From the human T2T-CHM13v2.0 reference genome, Homo sapiens, in NCBI RefSeq assembly GCF_009914755.1, contig NC_060929.1: a stretch of DNA of 64,000 nucleotides; one strand, given 5' to 3'. Below the pieces are notes generated by a model that was not told the origin of the DNA, searched no databases, and worked only from the letters and a program-made list of their open reading frames with translations. A program made the position numbers and the translations under genes. Positions 44,883 to 59,029 of the stretch are shown here, piece by piece; within the stretch, counting starts at the first letter, position 1; every line of letters starts with the position of its first letter.

Positions 44883-46706
44883 TGTGGCTACATAGTATTC
44901 CATGATGTATATGTACCACATTTTCTTTCTCCAGTCTATCGTAGAGGGGCATTTGGGTTGGTTCCATGTCTTTGCTATTTTAAATAGTGCTGCAATAAAT
45001 ATACGTGTGTATGTGTCTTTATAGCAGATGATTTATATTCCTTTGGATATATACCCTGTAGTAGGATGGCTGGGTCAAATGGTATTTCTGGTTCCAGCTC
45101 TTTGAGGAATCACCATACTGTCTTCCACAATGGTTGAACTAATTTACATTCTCACCAACACTGTAAAAGCGTTCCTATTTCTCCACAGCCTCACCAGCAC
45201 CTATTGTTTCCTGACTTTTTTTTTTTTCTTTTTGAGATGGAGTCTCACTCTGTTGCCCAGGCTGGAGTGCAGTGGCATGATCTCGGCTCCCTGCAACCTC
45301 CACTTCCCATGTTCAAGCAATTCTCTACCTCAGCCTCCTAAGTAGCTGGGATTACAGTTGCTCGCCACCATGCCCGGCTATTTTTTGTATTATTAGTAGA
45401 GACGGGGTTTCACCATCTTGGCCATGCTGGTCTTGAACTCCTGACCTCATGATCCACCTTCCTCGACCTCCCAAAGTGCTGGAATTACCAGGCGTGAGCC
45501 ACCATGCTCAGCCTGTTTCCTGACTTTTTAATAATCACAATTCTGACTGGCATGAGATGGTATCTCATTGTGCTTATTATTTGCCTTTATCTGATGATCA
45601 GTGATGTTGAGCTTTTTTTCATAGTTTGTTGGCCCCATAAATGTCTTCTTTTGACAAGTGTCTGTTCATATCTTTTGCTCACTTTTTGATAGAGTTGTTT
45701 TTTTCTTGTAAATATGTTTAAGTTCCTTGTAAATTCTGGATGTTAGACCTTTGTCAGATGTGTAGGTTGCAAATATTTCCTCCTAGTCTGTAGGAGAACA
45801 GGTTGCCTGTTCACTCTGATGATAGTTTCTTTTGGTGTGCAGAAGCTCTTTAGTTTAATTAGATCCCATTTGTCAATTTTGGCTTTTGTTGTAATTGCTT
45901 TTGGCATTTTTGTCATGATGTCTTTGCCCATGCCTATGTCCTGAATAGTATTGCCTAGGTTTTCTTCTGGGATTTTTATGGCTTTAGGTTTTACATTTAA
46001 GTCTTTAATCCATCTTGGTTAATTTTTGTATAAGGTGTAAGGAAGGGGTCCAGTTTCAGTTTTCTGCATATGGCTAGCCAGTTTCCCAGCAGCATTTACT
46101 GAATAGGAGATCCTTTTCCCATTGCTTGCTTTTTCAGGTTTGTCAAAGATCAGATGGTTGTAGATGTGTGATGTTATTTCTTAGGTCTCTGTTCTGCTCC
46201 ATTGGTCTATGTATCTGTTTTGGTACCCATACCATGCTCTTTTGGTTACTGTAGCCTTGTAGTATAGTTTGAAGTCAGGTAGTGTGATGCCTTCAGCTTT
46301 GTTCTTTTTACTTAGGATTATCTTGGCTATATGAGGTCTTCTTTGATTCCACATGAAATTTAAAATAGTGTTTTCTACCTCTGTGAAGAATGTCAATGGT
46401 AGTTTGATGGAAATAGCATTGAATCTATAAATTACTTTGGTCAGCATGGCTATTTTCGAGATATTGATTCTTCACATCCCTTGTTAGCTGTATTCTTAGG
46501 TATTTATTCTCTTTGTAGTGATTGTGAATGGGAGTTCACTCATGATTTGGTTCTCTGCTTGTCTGTTGTTGGTGTAAAGGAATGTTTGTGATTTTTGCAC
46601 ATTGTTTTCGTATCCTGAGACTTTGCTGAAGTGCTTATCAGTTCAAGAAGTTTTGGGGCTGAGATGATGAAGTTTTCTAAATATAAAATCATGTCATCTG
46701 AAAACT
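44883..46706 (-). mobile_element. Older L1PA/L1PB ORF2 3' fragment interrupted by Alu
   Basis: ORF peptides [57 protein letters not shown]. Confidence 0.92.
45221..45513 (-). mobile_element. AluS (Sc/Sg-like)
   Basis: CTGACCTCATGATCC; TSD TGTTTCCTGACTTTTT at 45205-45220 and 45514-45529. Confidence 0.93.
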
Positions 46707-46762
46707 TGAAGCTATACAGTCTGTGGTGTTTTGCTGTGGCAGCCCTAGCAAACTGTAACACC

Positions 46763-47220
46763 TGCGAGAGTCAGTTTTGGGTGTTAACGTGGATAGGCGA
46801 TAGTCCTCACTTGTTCAATTACTAGTCTGTAAAGGCATTTTATGAATGTGATTAATGTTCTTTTCAGTTTATTCTAAATAGTGGGCATTATCTCAGACAT
46901 TCTGGGTTGGACATCATTTTCAACTAGACACGTCTTCAGAGACAAACTGATGCTTTCTTGGAAGGAGAAGAAATTCTGCCTGTAGACTGCAGCTTTAGCT
47001 CATGTCCCAGAGCTCCGGACTGTCCTTCCTGACAGCCTACTCTGTAGATCAGACAATGAGTCTCTCTCTCTTTCTCTCTGTCCTTCTCTCTCTCTCTCTC
47101 TCTCTTCACACTCACACATGCACACACAAACACACACACACTGGCACACAAACACACACATACACTCACACAAACACTCACACACGGTACTGTTTCTTTA
47201 ATGAAACCCCAACTGATACA
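46763..47220 (+). mobile_element. MLT2-type LTR containing a (TC)n(CA)n microsatellite (47060-47186); preceded by an MLT1 3' stub at ~46708-46760
   Basis: GAAGAAATTCTGCCTGTAGACTGCAGC; terminus CTGTTTCTTTAATGAAACCCCAACTGATACA. Confidence 0.7.
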
Positions 47221-47467
47221 GATTTTATTTATTTTTCATTTCTTAAATAAACTTTTTATTTTGAAATAACTGTATACTTAAGGAAATGTTAAAGGATAGT
47301 CCACAGAATTTTCATATATGCCCTTTGCTCAATTTCCCCATGTTACATAATCTTGATACTTTTGTCAAAGAAAATTAGAAATTAACATTAGTACATTCCT
47401 ATTAACTAAACTAAGGCATCATTTACCTTTCATTAATTTTTGATTCCGATTTTATATGTGTGGTAGA

Positions 47468-47968
47468 TTTCTTAGTTTCTAGGAGCTGCTGTAAGAAATC
47501 AGCATGAACTTGGTTGCCTAAAACAACCAAAATTTATTCCATTAATTTTTTCAGAGTTCTGGATGCCAGAATTCCAAAGTCACTGTCGCTGGACTGAAAT
47601 CCCAGCCACACACATTCCTGAGGCCCTGAAGAACCAGTTCTTGACTCTTCCAGTTTCTGGTGGCTGCAGGCATTCCCTCACATGGGGCTCCATCACTTGT
47701 CTTCAAGGCCAGCACGCTTAAATCCCTCTCTGCCTTCCCTATGTGTTCAAAACTTTCCTCTCGGCCCCTTTTATAAGGGATGCATATGATGGCATTTAAG
47801 CCACAGGAGGATAATGCTTTATAATCCACCATCTGAAAATACGAAATTTAATCACATCCACAAAGACCCTTATAGTTTTTTTGAAACGTAAAGTAAACAT
47901 TCACAGTTCCCAGAGATTAGAATAAGGCCCTGGATATCTTTTAGGGAGCCCATTTTCTTCCTATTACA
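47468..47968 (-). mobile_element. MLT1D-like MaLR LTR
   Basis: TTAGTTTCTAGGAGCTGCTGTAAG...TTCCAGTTTCTGGTGGCTGCAGGCATTCC...TCTTCAAGGCCAGCA...ATTCACAGTTCCCAGAGATTAG. Confidence 0.8.
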
Positions 47969-49165
47969 ATGCGATTACAATATTAGTAGATACCTACAGT
48001 AATAATTGTTTTATTTTAACTGGTATTGAGAAGTAATTTGATGTAAATATCTAATATTTACTTTCAAAACATTTCTAATTAAGACAGAAAAGGATTATAA
48101 GAAAGTTTCCTTCTATTGAGAAAGTGTATTTTTTGAAAGCACAGCCATCATTTTACATGTGTGCACTGTGAAGACAGGAAATGCAAATGAATGAACTCTT
48201 TATAAATCAGTGCATAAATAATAGATATTGTGAAAAATCTAATTCTAATAGAGCTTCAAGAATGTCAGAATGTATCATTATTAAGAAATTATCATAAATC
48301 AACAGAATAGGAGGAAAATTATTGTGTAATTATAACAAATAAAGAATAATAATCTTTTATTTCTCAGAATTAGTTATTAATATGAGCAAAATCCAGTATT
48401 ATTACACATACATATTGGGAAAACTAGAAAAAATATTATCTTATATATTTTAAAAGTTTACAAGTTACCCTGAAGCAAATATGGGGAACTGGAATTCACA
48501 GAATATGTAAGAGAATTCAATGGACAGTGTCAATAGATAAATAAATGAAAGGATTGTTATCATTTTTTCAAAGTAAACTTTAATGCTGTTCATTCATCTT
48601 ATTGAACTAGCACCTGATCCACTGAGAAATAGTCTCAATCTCATTAACTTGAGGCAGCTCACATTCCAAATAAAATAAACTGAGAGGAAGAAAATATTGT
48701 TTATAGGCAGTTTTTGTAAAAAAGAATGTCTATCAGCAGCTCTGTAGCTTGAACACATACAGAAATACATCTATTACATTTAACTAGAATGGGGCACAGT
48801 GAATCAGCTTCCCTGTTCTGAACTGCTTAAGGGCAGACATTTCATTTTATTTCTTCCTGGCTTTTCTGCATTAAAAACTGATTCCGTCTTTGACAGGTTG
48901 CACTGTAGATGGCCTTGTTACAGTGCACGGGCATTCTGGTGAATGACTTTGATTACTCTGGGACGAGGTCCTGTTGCTGTGAAAATCAGGTAAAAAATAT
49001 AAGAATAGTTTCCTTTTTGTAAAGAGGAAAATGCCAGGAACTTTTCTTAAAACTCTAAATATACCTTTCTACAGAAATGAAAAAGAAGGCCTAAGCATCT
49101 TTTTTTTAATGAAATAAAATATTTTGCAAGTAACTGATAATCTGGTTTCTCAGAATTAAAGGACA

Positions 49166-49411
49166 CTCTCTTTTTCTTTCTTTCTCCTTCCTTCCTTCCC
49201 TCCCTCCCTCCTTCCTCTTCCTTTCTTCCTTCCTCCCTCCCTCTTTCTTTCTCTCTTTCTTTCTTTCTTCTTTCTTTCTCTTTTTTTCTTCCTTCCTCTC
49301 TCTCTTTCTCTTCCTCCCTCCCTCTCTCTCTTTTCTCTTTCTTTCTTTTTCTTTCTTTCTTTCTTTTTCTTTCTTTCTTCTCCCTTTTGTCCTTCCTTTT
49401 CTTTTTTTTTT
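49166..49411. repeat. Polypyrimidine compound microsatellite
   Basis: Direct observation. Confidence 0.95.
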
Positions 49412-49884
49412 GCTTAAATTATCTTGTAATTTTATGTAAGTAATGTATTTTTAATTCTTCGGAGGTGATTCTGTTTTAGAAACAACACGAACAGCCAGTC
49501 TTTACAAATGGCTTTTTGAGATGATGGTAATTTATAAATGCTGAGCTCCATGAATTTAGCACTCATGTCTTTGGTAAATTTATAGAAATTCCACACTCTA
49601 GAAGCAAACTTGTGCCCAAGTAACTGGTAAATAAATATTTTTGAATGAATAAAAAGTAAGTCATATTTAGTTTGGGCTGAACATATGACATGCAAATTAA
49701 TACAAATCTATCATTTCATTAAAATCTCAGTTCTATCTGGGCCCACTGAGTATTAAATAATGTACATTCTGCAAACACATTAATGCCTTTCTAGGTGGTA
49801 TACTATTTGTCAATAAATAATGTGCTTGTTAATATACTGTCATTAGTTAAAATCCGAGAGTAGTTCACTATATAACAATGATTG

Positions 49885-50196
<312 letters not shown>

Positions 50197-51632
50197 CTAA
50201 CATGGATAAAAAATATAGATAGCTTCAGGAAATATGCCAGGTCAAACATTTATTTGATGAAGGATAATTCTTCCAAGACTATAATGCTGGCAACACTTTG
50301 AGCTATCAGCTATTTATTTAATAAAAGCAATCATATGCATTTTATTTTGCGTATTAACAACCTATACAATAAAATATTTCCCAAGGAACCTAATTACTCA
50401 TTAGAAAGATTATTTTATTATGAACATATCTAAAATATTAATTTTATTGCTTATGGTATCTGAATGTATCTGTTACCCAGTCAAGTCAATGCTGGTATCA
50501 TAATTAACCCAATGTCTCAGTTATACAAAAATAAACCTCAAAAATATACTCTTAAAGTATAACAAACATCAATGACCTTAATTCTTGCATTGAGATTTAA
50601 TTAAGAGTTAATGAAAATTCTTCCAAAGAATGAGGCCTCAAGTTGAACTTAGTGTAGAGACAAATCTCACAATGAAGTTTTCTCCAAATCATGCTTTATC
50701 CCTTCTTTTTTCATCTTGGATTGGAATTTTTTGTTCATTTATATTCAAATCCCTTATGAAAAATTGCTTGAGTGTATTTGGCAGCCAAATTCAGAAAACT
50801 TGCCCAAATCTGCAAACATTGACAAAAAAAAAAAAAAAATCACCCAAGAGGCATTTGAAGAGACTCACAACAAACGTTTGGGTTCTGAGACAATCTTTAC
50901 TAATTGTTTTCTCCAGCCACACGGAGATCACTGATTTTAACTATCTTCTGAGGTCTAGAGACTAAATATTTGTCAGCTGCCCAATTTGTTCTGAAAATGT
51001 TAGCTCTCAGGAGAAATCTTCGCCTTTCAGACCTGTCTCATCTTAACATTAGTCTCTACCTGTCAATGCCGCAGTATGTATATTCCTAAGAGATGACACA
51101 AAGAGCTAAGAAATTTCCTAATTAGGATAGAAGGGAATATCCGAGAAAGATATTGCTCCCTCTTTTTCTCTCTCCTCTCTCTATCACAAACACAGCATGT
51201 GGTCAGTAAAATGTGGATTTGTGTAATATTTACAAAGTTGCTTATCAAAGTTGGATCAAAGCACTTTAACTTTTAATTTATTAATAACTTCATTATAAAA
51301 TTATTTGTAAGTAATTCAGTCATAGATTTGAAGACTACGATGGTATACACATAGCATTTTTTTTCTGAAAATGAAAACCTAATCAAGGTTTTAAATTTTC
51401 TTTTCTGCTGGAGTGCAAAACACACATAAAAAATGACAACTGGAACTATGTCTTTTTTTCTGGAGTCAATGTTATTTTCAAAAATACACTGTATTAAATT
51501 ATCAGGATAACATTTGGTATTTAAAGTATATGTATTACTGTTTTTATAATAGCTAAAAAGGTATTTCCTTTTACCTGTACAAAACTGTTGAATGTTTTAA
51601 TCAATTCTTTATGTTTTAGGGAAGTTATTTAT

Positions 51633-51910
51633 TTTTCCTTTTTTAAAGGTAGAGTCTTGCTGTGTTGTCCAGGCTGGAGTGAAGTGACATGACCAAGCTC
51701 ATTGCAACCTCTATCTCTGAGGCTCAAGCAATCCTCCCACCTCAGCTTCTTAAGTTGCTGGAGACTACAGGCATGCACCACCACGCCTAGTTATTTTTTT
51801 TTTTATTAATTTTTTTAACCGGCTGGTCTTGAAGTCCTGAGCTCAAGCAATCCTCCTGCCTCGCCCTCCAAAAGTGCTGAGGTTACATGTTTGAGCCACC
51901 GTTCCTGGTC
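51633..51910 (-). mobile_element. AluJ with internal deletion
   Basis: GGCTCAAGCAATCCTCCCACC; about 30 bp missing after the central linker; TSD GGGAAGTTATTT at 51619-51630 and 51912-51923. Confidence 0.88.
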
Positions 51911-52824
51911 TGGGAAGTTATTTTTAAAGTGTGATTTGATTTTTATTATCCCCTTGGAAAATGTGAGATAATATTTGCTTGCTTTCTTGTCCTTGTGTTC
52001 AATTTCTTTGTTTTATTCAATTTACTTTAGCTATATTTTGTTTTAAAATATCAAAATATATAATTATGTATAATCTTTTGTGAATTGTATCTTAATTATT
52101 GTTGCATATAAAGAGTTGTTCTAAATTATAATGTTTAATAAATTAAAGCAACTCTCTTTGAAAAAGGTCCATATATTTTGCTTCTTTAATATAAGCACAT
52201 AATTTATAGTAAAGGTTACCAATAGTTTGAAGTTAATTTTTAACCATATGAAGTTAATTTTTAACACAATGCTCTTTTACATCCCTCGAGGAAATTTCAT
52301 ACACTCAAAAAGAATCAGTTTCTGAAACGCAGAAGCCATGTCTGTCAAGAATACAAGGAACTTACTACTGGAAAGTAAGGTACTATAGCATAATCTTTAA
52401 CACTTTCCTGTCACATCCAAGATGACTACAGATCCTAATCAATTTTTTCCCTCAGAACTCTATTGAAAATCTATCCACATGATTTACTGGATTTTGGTTT
52501 TCATTTGTGTTTCTAGAGAAGAGTCAATTCTTCACATGATACTTTATTTAATTTTTGAAATTATAAAATACATTTAGAATGTTATACAGAGTTTTATATT
52601 TAATGGATAATAAAACTAAAATGAATTTGTGACTTGAAGACCTTTTTTCAAACTCCATCAAACTTTGCAGGAGTCATTATAATTAATATAACCGAGTAAA
52701 GTTAATATGAACTCTCAAAAACTATGGATAAACTAAGATAGAACTCTAACTTACCTAATCTATATACAATATAATTTGAACATTTGACATATACCTCCAT
52801 CTCCTTCGCCAGCCTGAAAGTGGC

Positions 52825-52965
52825 ATTATAGTTTAGCAGTTAAAGGCCAAGATACTGATACAAATCCTGACTTTGCCACTTCCCAGTTAAGTGGCCTTGA
52901 GTAATTTACTTAAATACCCTGGCCCTCGATTTCTTCATCTGTAATATAGGAATAGGACTAAATGT
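52825..52965 (+). mobile_element. MIR
   Basis: CAAATCCTGACTTTGCCACTTCCCAG...CCTCGATTTCTTCATCTGTAATATAGGAATA. Confidence 0.75.
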
Positions 52966-53809
52966 GTGAATTCTTGTGAAACATTTAGTCTCTCAATGCA
53001 AGGCATTAAAAAGTAAGGGAAATTGCTCTATTTTACTCACCAAGTGGGCTTTTCGTGATTTAAAGGATTCCTTTCTGTGTGAGTAATATGTGGACACACA
53101 CATTGCTGGAAAAATTCATGTTACCACGAAACAGTCTGCATCCTGATGCAACAAGAAAAGCCTGAGAATAGCACTGTAAGACCCAGACCACACTTTGTGT
53201 TATCTGTATATCTAGAAGATCATTAGTAAAGTTTGATATTGGTTGAGATTTTGGTTCATATTCATCTGATTTTACAATCAGTTCTTTGTTATGTCATTGG
53301 CCCATAATTTGTGCTAAATAATTTTTGATTGACTACACATGAATAAATGAAGAGAAATATTTTGTTTTTTTTAAGTGAACACAGAAAGAAATAAAATTGA
53401 CTATATTTACCATTTGCCAGAAAGAATTAGCAATTCATATGAATAGTTCAAATAACTTGTCTTTTGCATTTTTGCTATTCTAACTTTTTAAATAAAAGGA
53501 AATCATATTTCCATGATCACATGTTTTAAAACACTACTTTTTACCATACTGATCAATTTTGGCACCTTTGACCACATATGAGTGAATATCATTCTGGCCC
53601 TTATTTTGTTTTATTGATCTGTTTGCTTATCATTATGCTTTATAATTCTTAACCATAAGGATAAACATCCTTATGTAAAGTATGTTCTCTATCTTTATTT
53701 TTCTCCTCCAAAATTGTTGTAGGTGAATCAGCTTGTTTATTTCTCCAAAAAGAAGGCTGTTAAACCTATAGAAGAATTTAGGGATAATTTCATAATATTG
53801 AGTTTGTCT

Positions 53810-53843
53810 ATTGCTTCTCAGCCTTTTGGCTAAGATCAAGTGT
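53810..53843 (+). pseudogene. 3'-truncated U2 snRNA retro-fragment (U2 nt 1-34)
   Basis: ATTGCTTCTCAGCCTTTTGGCTAAGATCAAGTGT matches U2 5' end ATCGCTTCTCGGCCTTTTGGCTAAGATCAAGTGT at 32/34; both mismatches are CpG transitions. Confidence 0.92.
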
Positions 53844-53868
53844 GGGGTCTCTCAATCAATGATCATGG

Positions 53869-54335
53869 TCAGAAAAGAAAAGAACTTTTATCTGAGGAAT
53901 ACAAGTTCTTTTAAACTATAAGGCCCAGAGAGAAAGTAAAATGATAAAGCAATCATGTCCTACTCCTCACTTTAAGCTATGTTTCCATCTCTTAAAACTG
54001 CTTACTATTGCCACAAGTAGCTATAAATTTACCTAATAATGGTACACCTGACACTATAACCTATACCCTATAGCTTAACAATATATAGCAAATCACTAAT
54101 CAATGTTATTTCTGCAAAACAATGAGAATTGCTCACAAACAACTTTGGATCAGGCCATTCCATGTCCCCCCACCCCACCCTGTTTTTTTTTCTTTTAAAA
54201 ACTGCTTGTAAAAAAGGCCAAAGGAAGCTCACATGCAAGATTATCTGGGTTTGAGCATTCCCATCAGCTGTCTTCACTTTGGCTCAAGTTAACTCTTTAT
54301 ATTTTGTGCCTCAGCCTTTTATTTTTAGATTGACA
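53869..54335 (+). mobile_element. ERV1 (MER4-group) solo LTR
   Basis: AGAAAAGAACTTTTATCTGAGGAAT...GGCCCAGAGAG...GCTCAAGTTAACTCTTTA...TAGATTGACA; 4-bp TSD ATGG at 53865-53868 and 54336-54339. Confidence 0.8.
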
Positions 54336-54733
54336 ATGGTATATTTTTCCACTTACTTAAGTTTTCTCTAATTTCTCTCAGTAATGTTTTGCAATATCTA
54401 GTCCCTACAACTTACCTTTATTTGGTCAACTTTGTCATAAAGTATTTTCTGTTTGTTGATGCTACCACAATATTTTAAATTATTCAATTTTCAAGTTTTT
54501 ATTGCTAGTATACAGAGTTTTGTGTATTGACATTGTAACCTGTCTCCTTGCTAAACTCACTTGGTAATTCTAGAAGCTTTTTAAATAGATTCCTCAATAT
54601 TTTATATGTGTATAAACATCAACTGTGAATGAAGACAGATTTATTTATTCCAATCTAATATATATGACTTTTATTTTTTCCCTTGCTTAATTCTACCAAT
54701 TGGTACTTTGAGTTCATTTTTGAATAGATATAG

Positions 54734-55148
54734 TTGAGAAATCAAACTAAAATCTGGTCTGATAAATATTACTTACTTGCATATTTGAGTTATTGGTGTG
54801 CACTGCAACCTAACCCAGTAGGTGAGCAAACTGAAAACCTAGCTTAGGAGTTTGCTTCTGCAACAGTAGCTGAGTCTTAGCCAATCACAGCGCAATACTC
54901 CAACCACTCACAGGTAGTCAACTGTTCCAACTGTGTTCAAATAAGGCAAATTCCAGCTGTAGCCAGTCCTGCATTTCTGTACCTCATTCTTCTTTTCTTT
55001 CTATAAATCTTCAACCATGAGGCAGCAACACCCTGGAATCTCTCTGAATCTGCTCTGATTCTGAGGGCTACCCAAAACTTGCAAAATATTTCTTCTGGCT
55101 CAATTCAACTCTGTTAATTTTAATTTGCCTAAAGTTGTAATTTTAACA
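54734..55148 (+). mobile_element. MER57-family ERV1 solo LTR
   Basis: TAGCCAATCACAG...GTGTTCAAATAAGGCAAA...TTTCTGTACCTCA...TTTAACA. Confidence 0.75.
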
Positions 55149-58100
55149 AATTAAAAATGGAAAAACTTTGTTGTACCCTATCATAGAAGAAATAGAGGTT
55201 GGCAAGAAATATTTCATATAAGCAATGGGCTTTCTGGGCCACATACTTTCCATTACACCTTGTCTTAGCCCAGTAGTCTAAAAATTCTGACTCAAACTTA
55301 TGGTGTTTAAATACTGTTCAACATTTATTTAGTGGGAACATGGATAAATTGATTTTCAATAAATACAATTACTATGGCACTTTATGAATATTACAAAAGA
55401 TTTAAATATATTGTCACATTTTTGCTTATTTTATACTGCCTGTCATTTTTCATTTATCCATTATTGATAAATGGAAAACATGTGTCAGAAGGTACTCATA
55501 CTCATCAAGTTTAGAGATAACATACATAGACATAGTTCCAAGTCTTGTCCCAGGCTAGGTTTGAAATGTTGTTTCTATTGTTTTTTTAATTAGGTCCACA
55601 TTAAGAAAATGTTTTCAACTTGACCGTTAAGTTTTCTGTGCAGTTTATTTGATGTATTTTTCTAAGAAAACATAGTAAGAGTTTAAATGTAAACATTTAA
55701 ATACACCCTTCATTCTTGTTAGGCACGTTCGGAAATTAAAGATGGTTGTGCTCATTGGCTCCTCTTGTTTACCAGGAATTGGTATAAGAATCAAGTTCAA
55801 TTTGACCTCGCAACTTGAAACTAGGAAATGTGTATGACAAGATAAGAGATAGGAGCTAGCACAGAGGGTTAATTGTTTTAATGTCATATTCTGTTTAGGT
55901 GAGATTTGGTGTATATTACATTTTGTCATATTTCAAAAGAATAAAAAAGGTAATTGGCAACACATTCAATTATTCTAATTATATGATAGGGATCCTTAAT
56001 AGATGGTAACCCCTGAAAGTTGTCTGGCTCACCTTTTTCCTTATCTGGCTGACTCTAACATTGCCTAGAGTTAAAATTCAGTTGTCTCTGCCTGTCTTTC
56101 CATTTAGACAGGGCTCAACACCATATATCTCATTGACTCCATGTCTTTTATCCCAAGTTTCAAAGGCATCTTCTTAAAATGACCCTGACTGTTTGGTAAA
56201 AAGGTTTATTAAAAACGTCAAAGAAGCTAGAAGCAGGTATTTGTGGGTAGGAACATGACTTTCATTCTGAAGTTTAAGGAACTGGGAGCAAGAGGTTATA
56301 AGCACCTTTCACATTGCTGTACAATTCCTCTAACTTCCAGAAGTAACTGGCTACTTGATCAAGAACTGAGAGTCCTGGACCTGGTGCCACATAAAGGAGG
56401 CTCAGTAGCTTAAACAGGTGGCTTTGGAGTCTCTGTCCCTATCAAAAGATGTGAGGGAAAAGTATGTAGCCTCGTCATAATTACAGAGGTGTCAAATTGG
56501 AATTGCTGATAACGCATAATAGGAGCCTTCTCTTGAAGGAGAGATAATTGTGGGTGATCCTCTGACAAAGCATTAAGAAAAAGGAATCTATAATATACAT
56601 CTCTAATTTAGCATAAAAGAGTCTCTTTTATTGCCCTTTCATTGGTATTGCTACATAAGCTTTTATGTAATGTAAGGCTGCCTTTAAATAGGCATGAACT
56701 TTTCACTGTTTCATATGTTTCTCATTGTCACATTATCCTTCTCTTCAAACTCATTTTAATACTAGGTAAAAATTGAGTTTGTTGTTGCTGAACATGGTGT
56801 AAAAACCTAGTTACACATCCCTGAATAGTAAGATTTTCTCATATACACATTTTCTTTATAGATGCGAAGAAAAATTAATTGTCCATAAACACTCTTGTGC
56901 TCCCTATATGTGACTGCACTGAAACACTCAGTTTTTCTGTTCCTGATTCTTGCTTTATCCATCATTGTGGAGGAGTTTTAAAATACAGTTTATGTGCAGC
57001 TACACTTTATTGCATTTCTACCATTATGAGATTAAAAGGCCAATATCATTTTAAAGGTCAAAACTGACAGGTTATTTGCAGTATTTTTATAGTTCTGCAT
57101 GGGGGAAAAATTAATTTGTTGCATCTGTTCACACTGGAAAAAAAAACTGTCTTTGGGAAACATAGCTGTGAAAGACTTTTTTAAAGGGAAGACTCATAGT
57201 TCTGCTTTTTGGAGTACTGCCTATAGTTTCAATAATATTATGAGAGCTAGAACATAAGTGTTAGTAACTAAAAGGTATAAATGTTGTGCCTAATAGTAGG
57301 ATTATAAAATGCTTAAATTGTCTTTTATCCTGCTATCAATTTTATCTTATCTGTTTGTCCCATAAACATTACATTTTAGCCTTTGTTTCCTAGAAAGTAG
57401 AGCACGAGGTAATTCTTACATGCTAATTTTTATTGGTGGCATGAAAATCAGACAAAAGCAAGAATATGAAAAAAGGACAGAAAATAAAAGGTAGGGTTTT
57501 ATTAAACTGAGCATAGTTTCAAAGAAAACAAATAGGATTTCTCTGTCGTGTGATATGTCTATGAGTTTACTCAGAACCACAGATAGCAGATCAGTTCCTT
57601 GAGGGAAGAAGAGAAAGACGCATCTATGTAGTATCTCCAGTCTCTTATTAATAAAAATCTTTGTAGAAAAATAATTCACCAGATCTGGGCCCCTAGGGGC
57701 ACAGAAGTTCCCAGCTGGACCCGAGTTTAGCCCAGTTGGACTGGATGCTGACGTTGCTACAGCTCATGCTTAGGAGGGCACAACAGTGGCCTTGCCTGAG
57801 ACCCATTTCTGGGTCCATGACTACTCCGAGACCGCTCCTCGTGTTCAGAGATGAGAGTCAGTCACTGCAGCTAAGGCAGGAAAATGAATGAGATCCAAGT
57901 TATTCTGGGTGGTACATGAACTGAATCTTTATTAGTTTACCCTTCATACCAATTAAATAGCACTTATGCCTTTATATGGTACCCAAAGCTGTTATTAGAA
58001 AAAGAGACCCTTGCTTCTTTCTCAGAAAAGAAGGAACAAGTTCAGTTCTTCAAAGTAGTTGTCAATTTCAGTCTCCTCCAGAGACATAAAAAATGTTAGC

Positions 58101-58314
58101 AAACAAGATGGAGTCCTTGTTACTGCAGGTGGTCCCAGAAGCAAAACTGATATTTATCATCTTCTTCCTTTATCAGTCATTCTAGATTTGACTCACCTTT
58201 GGCCAGCACTTGGCTAGTTCTCGCTTGTTCGTCAGATGGAATGATGAGAACTTCATCCTCTTGGTGAGTTAGACTTCAAGTATCTTGCCCTCCTTAAGCT
58301 CTGATTGATGATAC

Positions 58315-59011
58315 TGAAAGGAGGGGCCATCTGGGCTTCCTGGGTTGCGTAGTGGCTCAGAAAGCTGTGAAACTCACTGATTTCCTGCTTCAGGACTTAC
58401 TTCGGTCCTGCATGGATAATATTGAAGATATATGCTTAAAATATTCCTAACTCCAGGACTTGCGCATGTGTTTTCTTCCCCAAGAAAACTATAAAGAGCG
58501 AAAATTTTGCTGTAAGCTTTCCTGCGCCCTCTCTCCCTCTCTCCCTTCCCCCTCCCCTAAAACTAAAAGGAATGTTAACTGCCCGTTTTTCTGTGACCAG
58601 GGGACCTTATCTATGCTTCCAATTCCAATTCCTTGTAAACATACTTTGTAAAGTCCTAAAAGATCCTGTCTCCTTTGCCATGCCGCTGCAAGGTCATAAA
58701 GCAGATAAAACCTAACTTGCAATTCCGGTTTTCCTCAAAATCTAGGACATGTCACAAAATAATTTACTGCCTTTATTTCTTCCTCTGGTAACATCTTCCT
58801 GCCGCAGGTATTTCCCGCCTTAAAGAGTTTAAAAGGCAATCACCCAAAACCAACAGTGGCTACCCGTTCGGGACCGGAGGCTTTGTACTTTCACTCTGCC
58901 GAATAAAGCCTACAGCTTTTTCTCTCTATCGGTCCATGTCTCTATCATTTGTCACGGGCAGCCGCCACGCCAATTCTTTGGCGTGGCTAGGCAAGAACCT
59001 TAGACGTTACA
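58315..59011 (+). mobile_element. LTR30-like ERV1 solo LTR (HERV9/W-related group)
   Basis: TGAAAGGAGGGGCCATCTGGGCTTCCTGGGT...GGCTCAGAAAGCTGTGAAACTCAC...GTTACA; AATAAA at 58902-58907; 4-bp TSD ATAC at 58311-58314 and 59012-59015. Confidence 0.85.
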
Positions 59012-59029
59012 ATACGACACATTTAAGGT

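Larger units (their letters stand above)
53520..54730 (-). mobile_element. Old L1M ORF2 fragment hosting the U2 fragment and an ERV1 LTR
   Basis: CATAATATTGAGT...CAATGATCATGG; TGTGTATTGACATTGTAACCTG...CTTGCTAAACTCACTT. Confidence 0.65.

Noticed and set aside
52228-52266. 21-bp tandem duplication (TGAAGTTAATTTTTAAC x2); similar small one at 27901-27925
   Set aside because: Ordinary slippage-sized duplications in AT-rich DNA.
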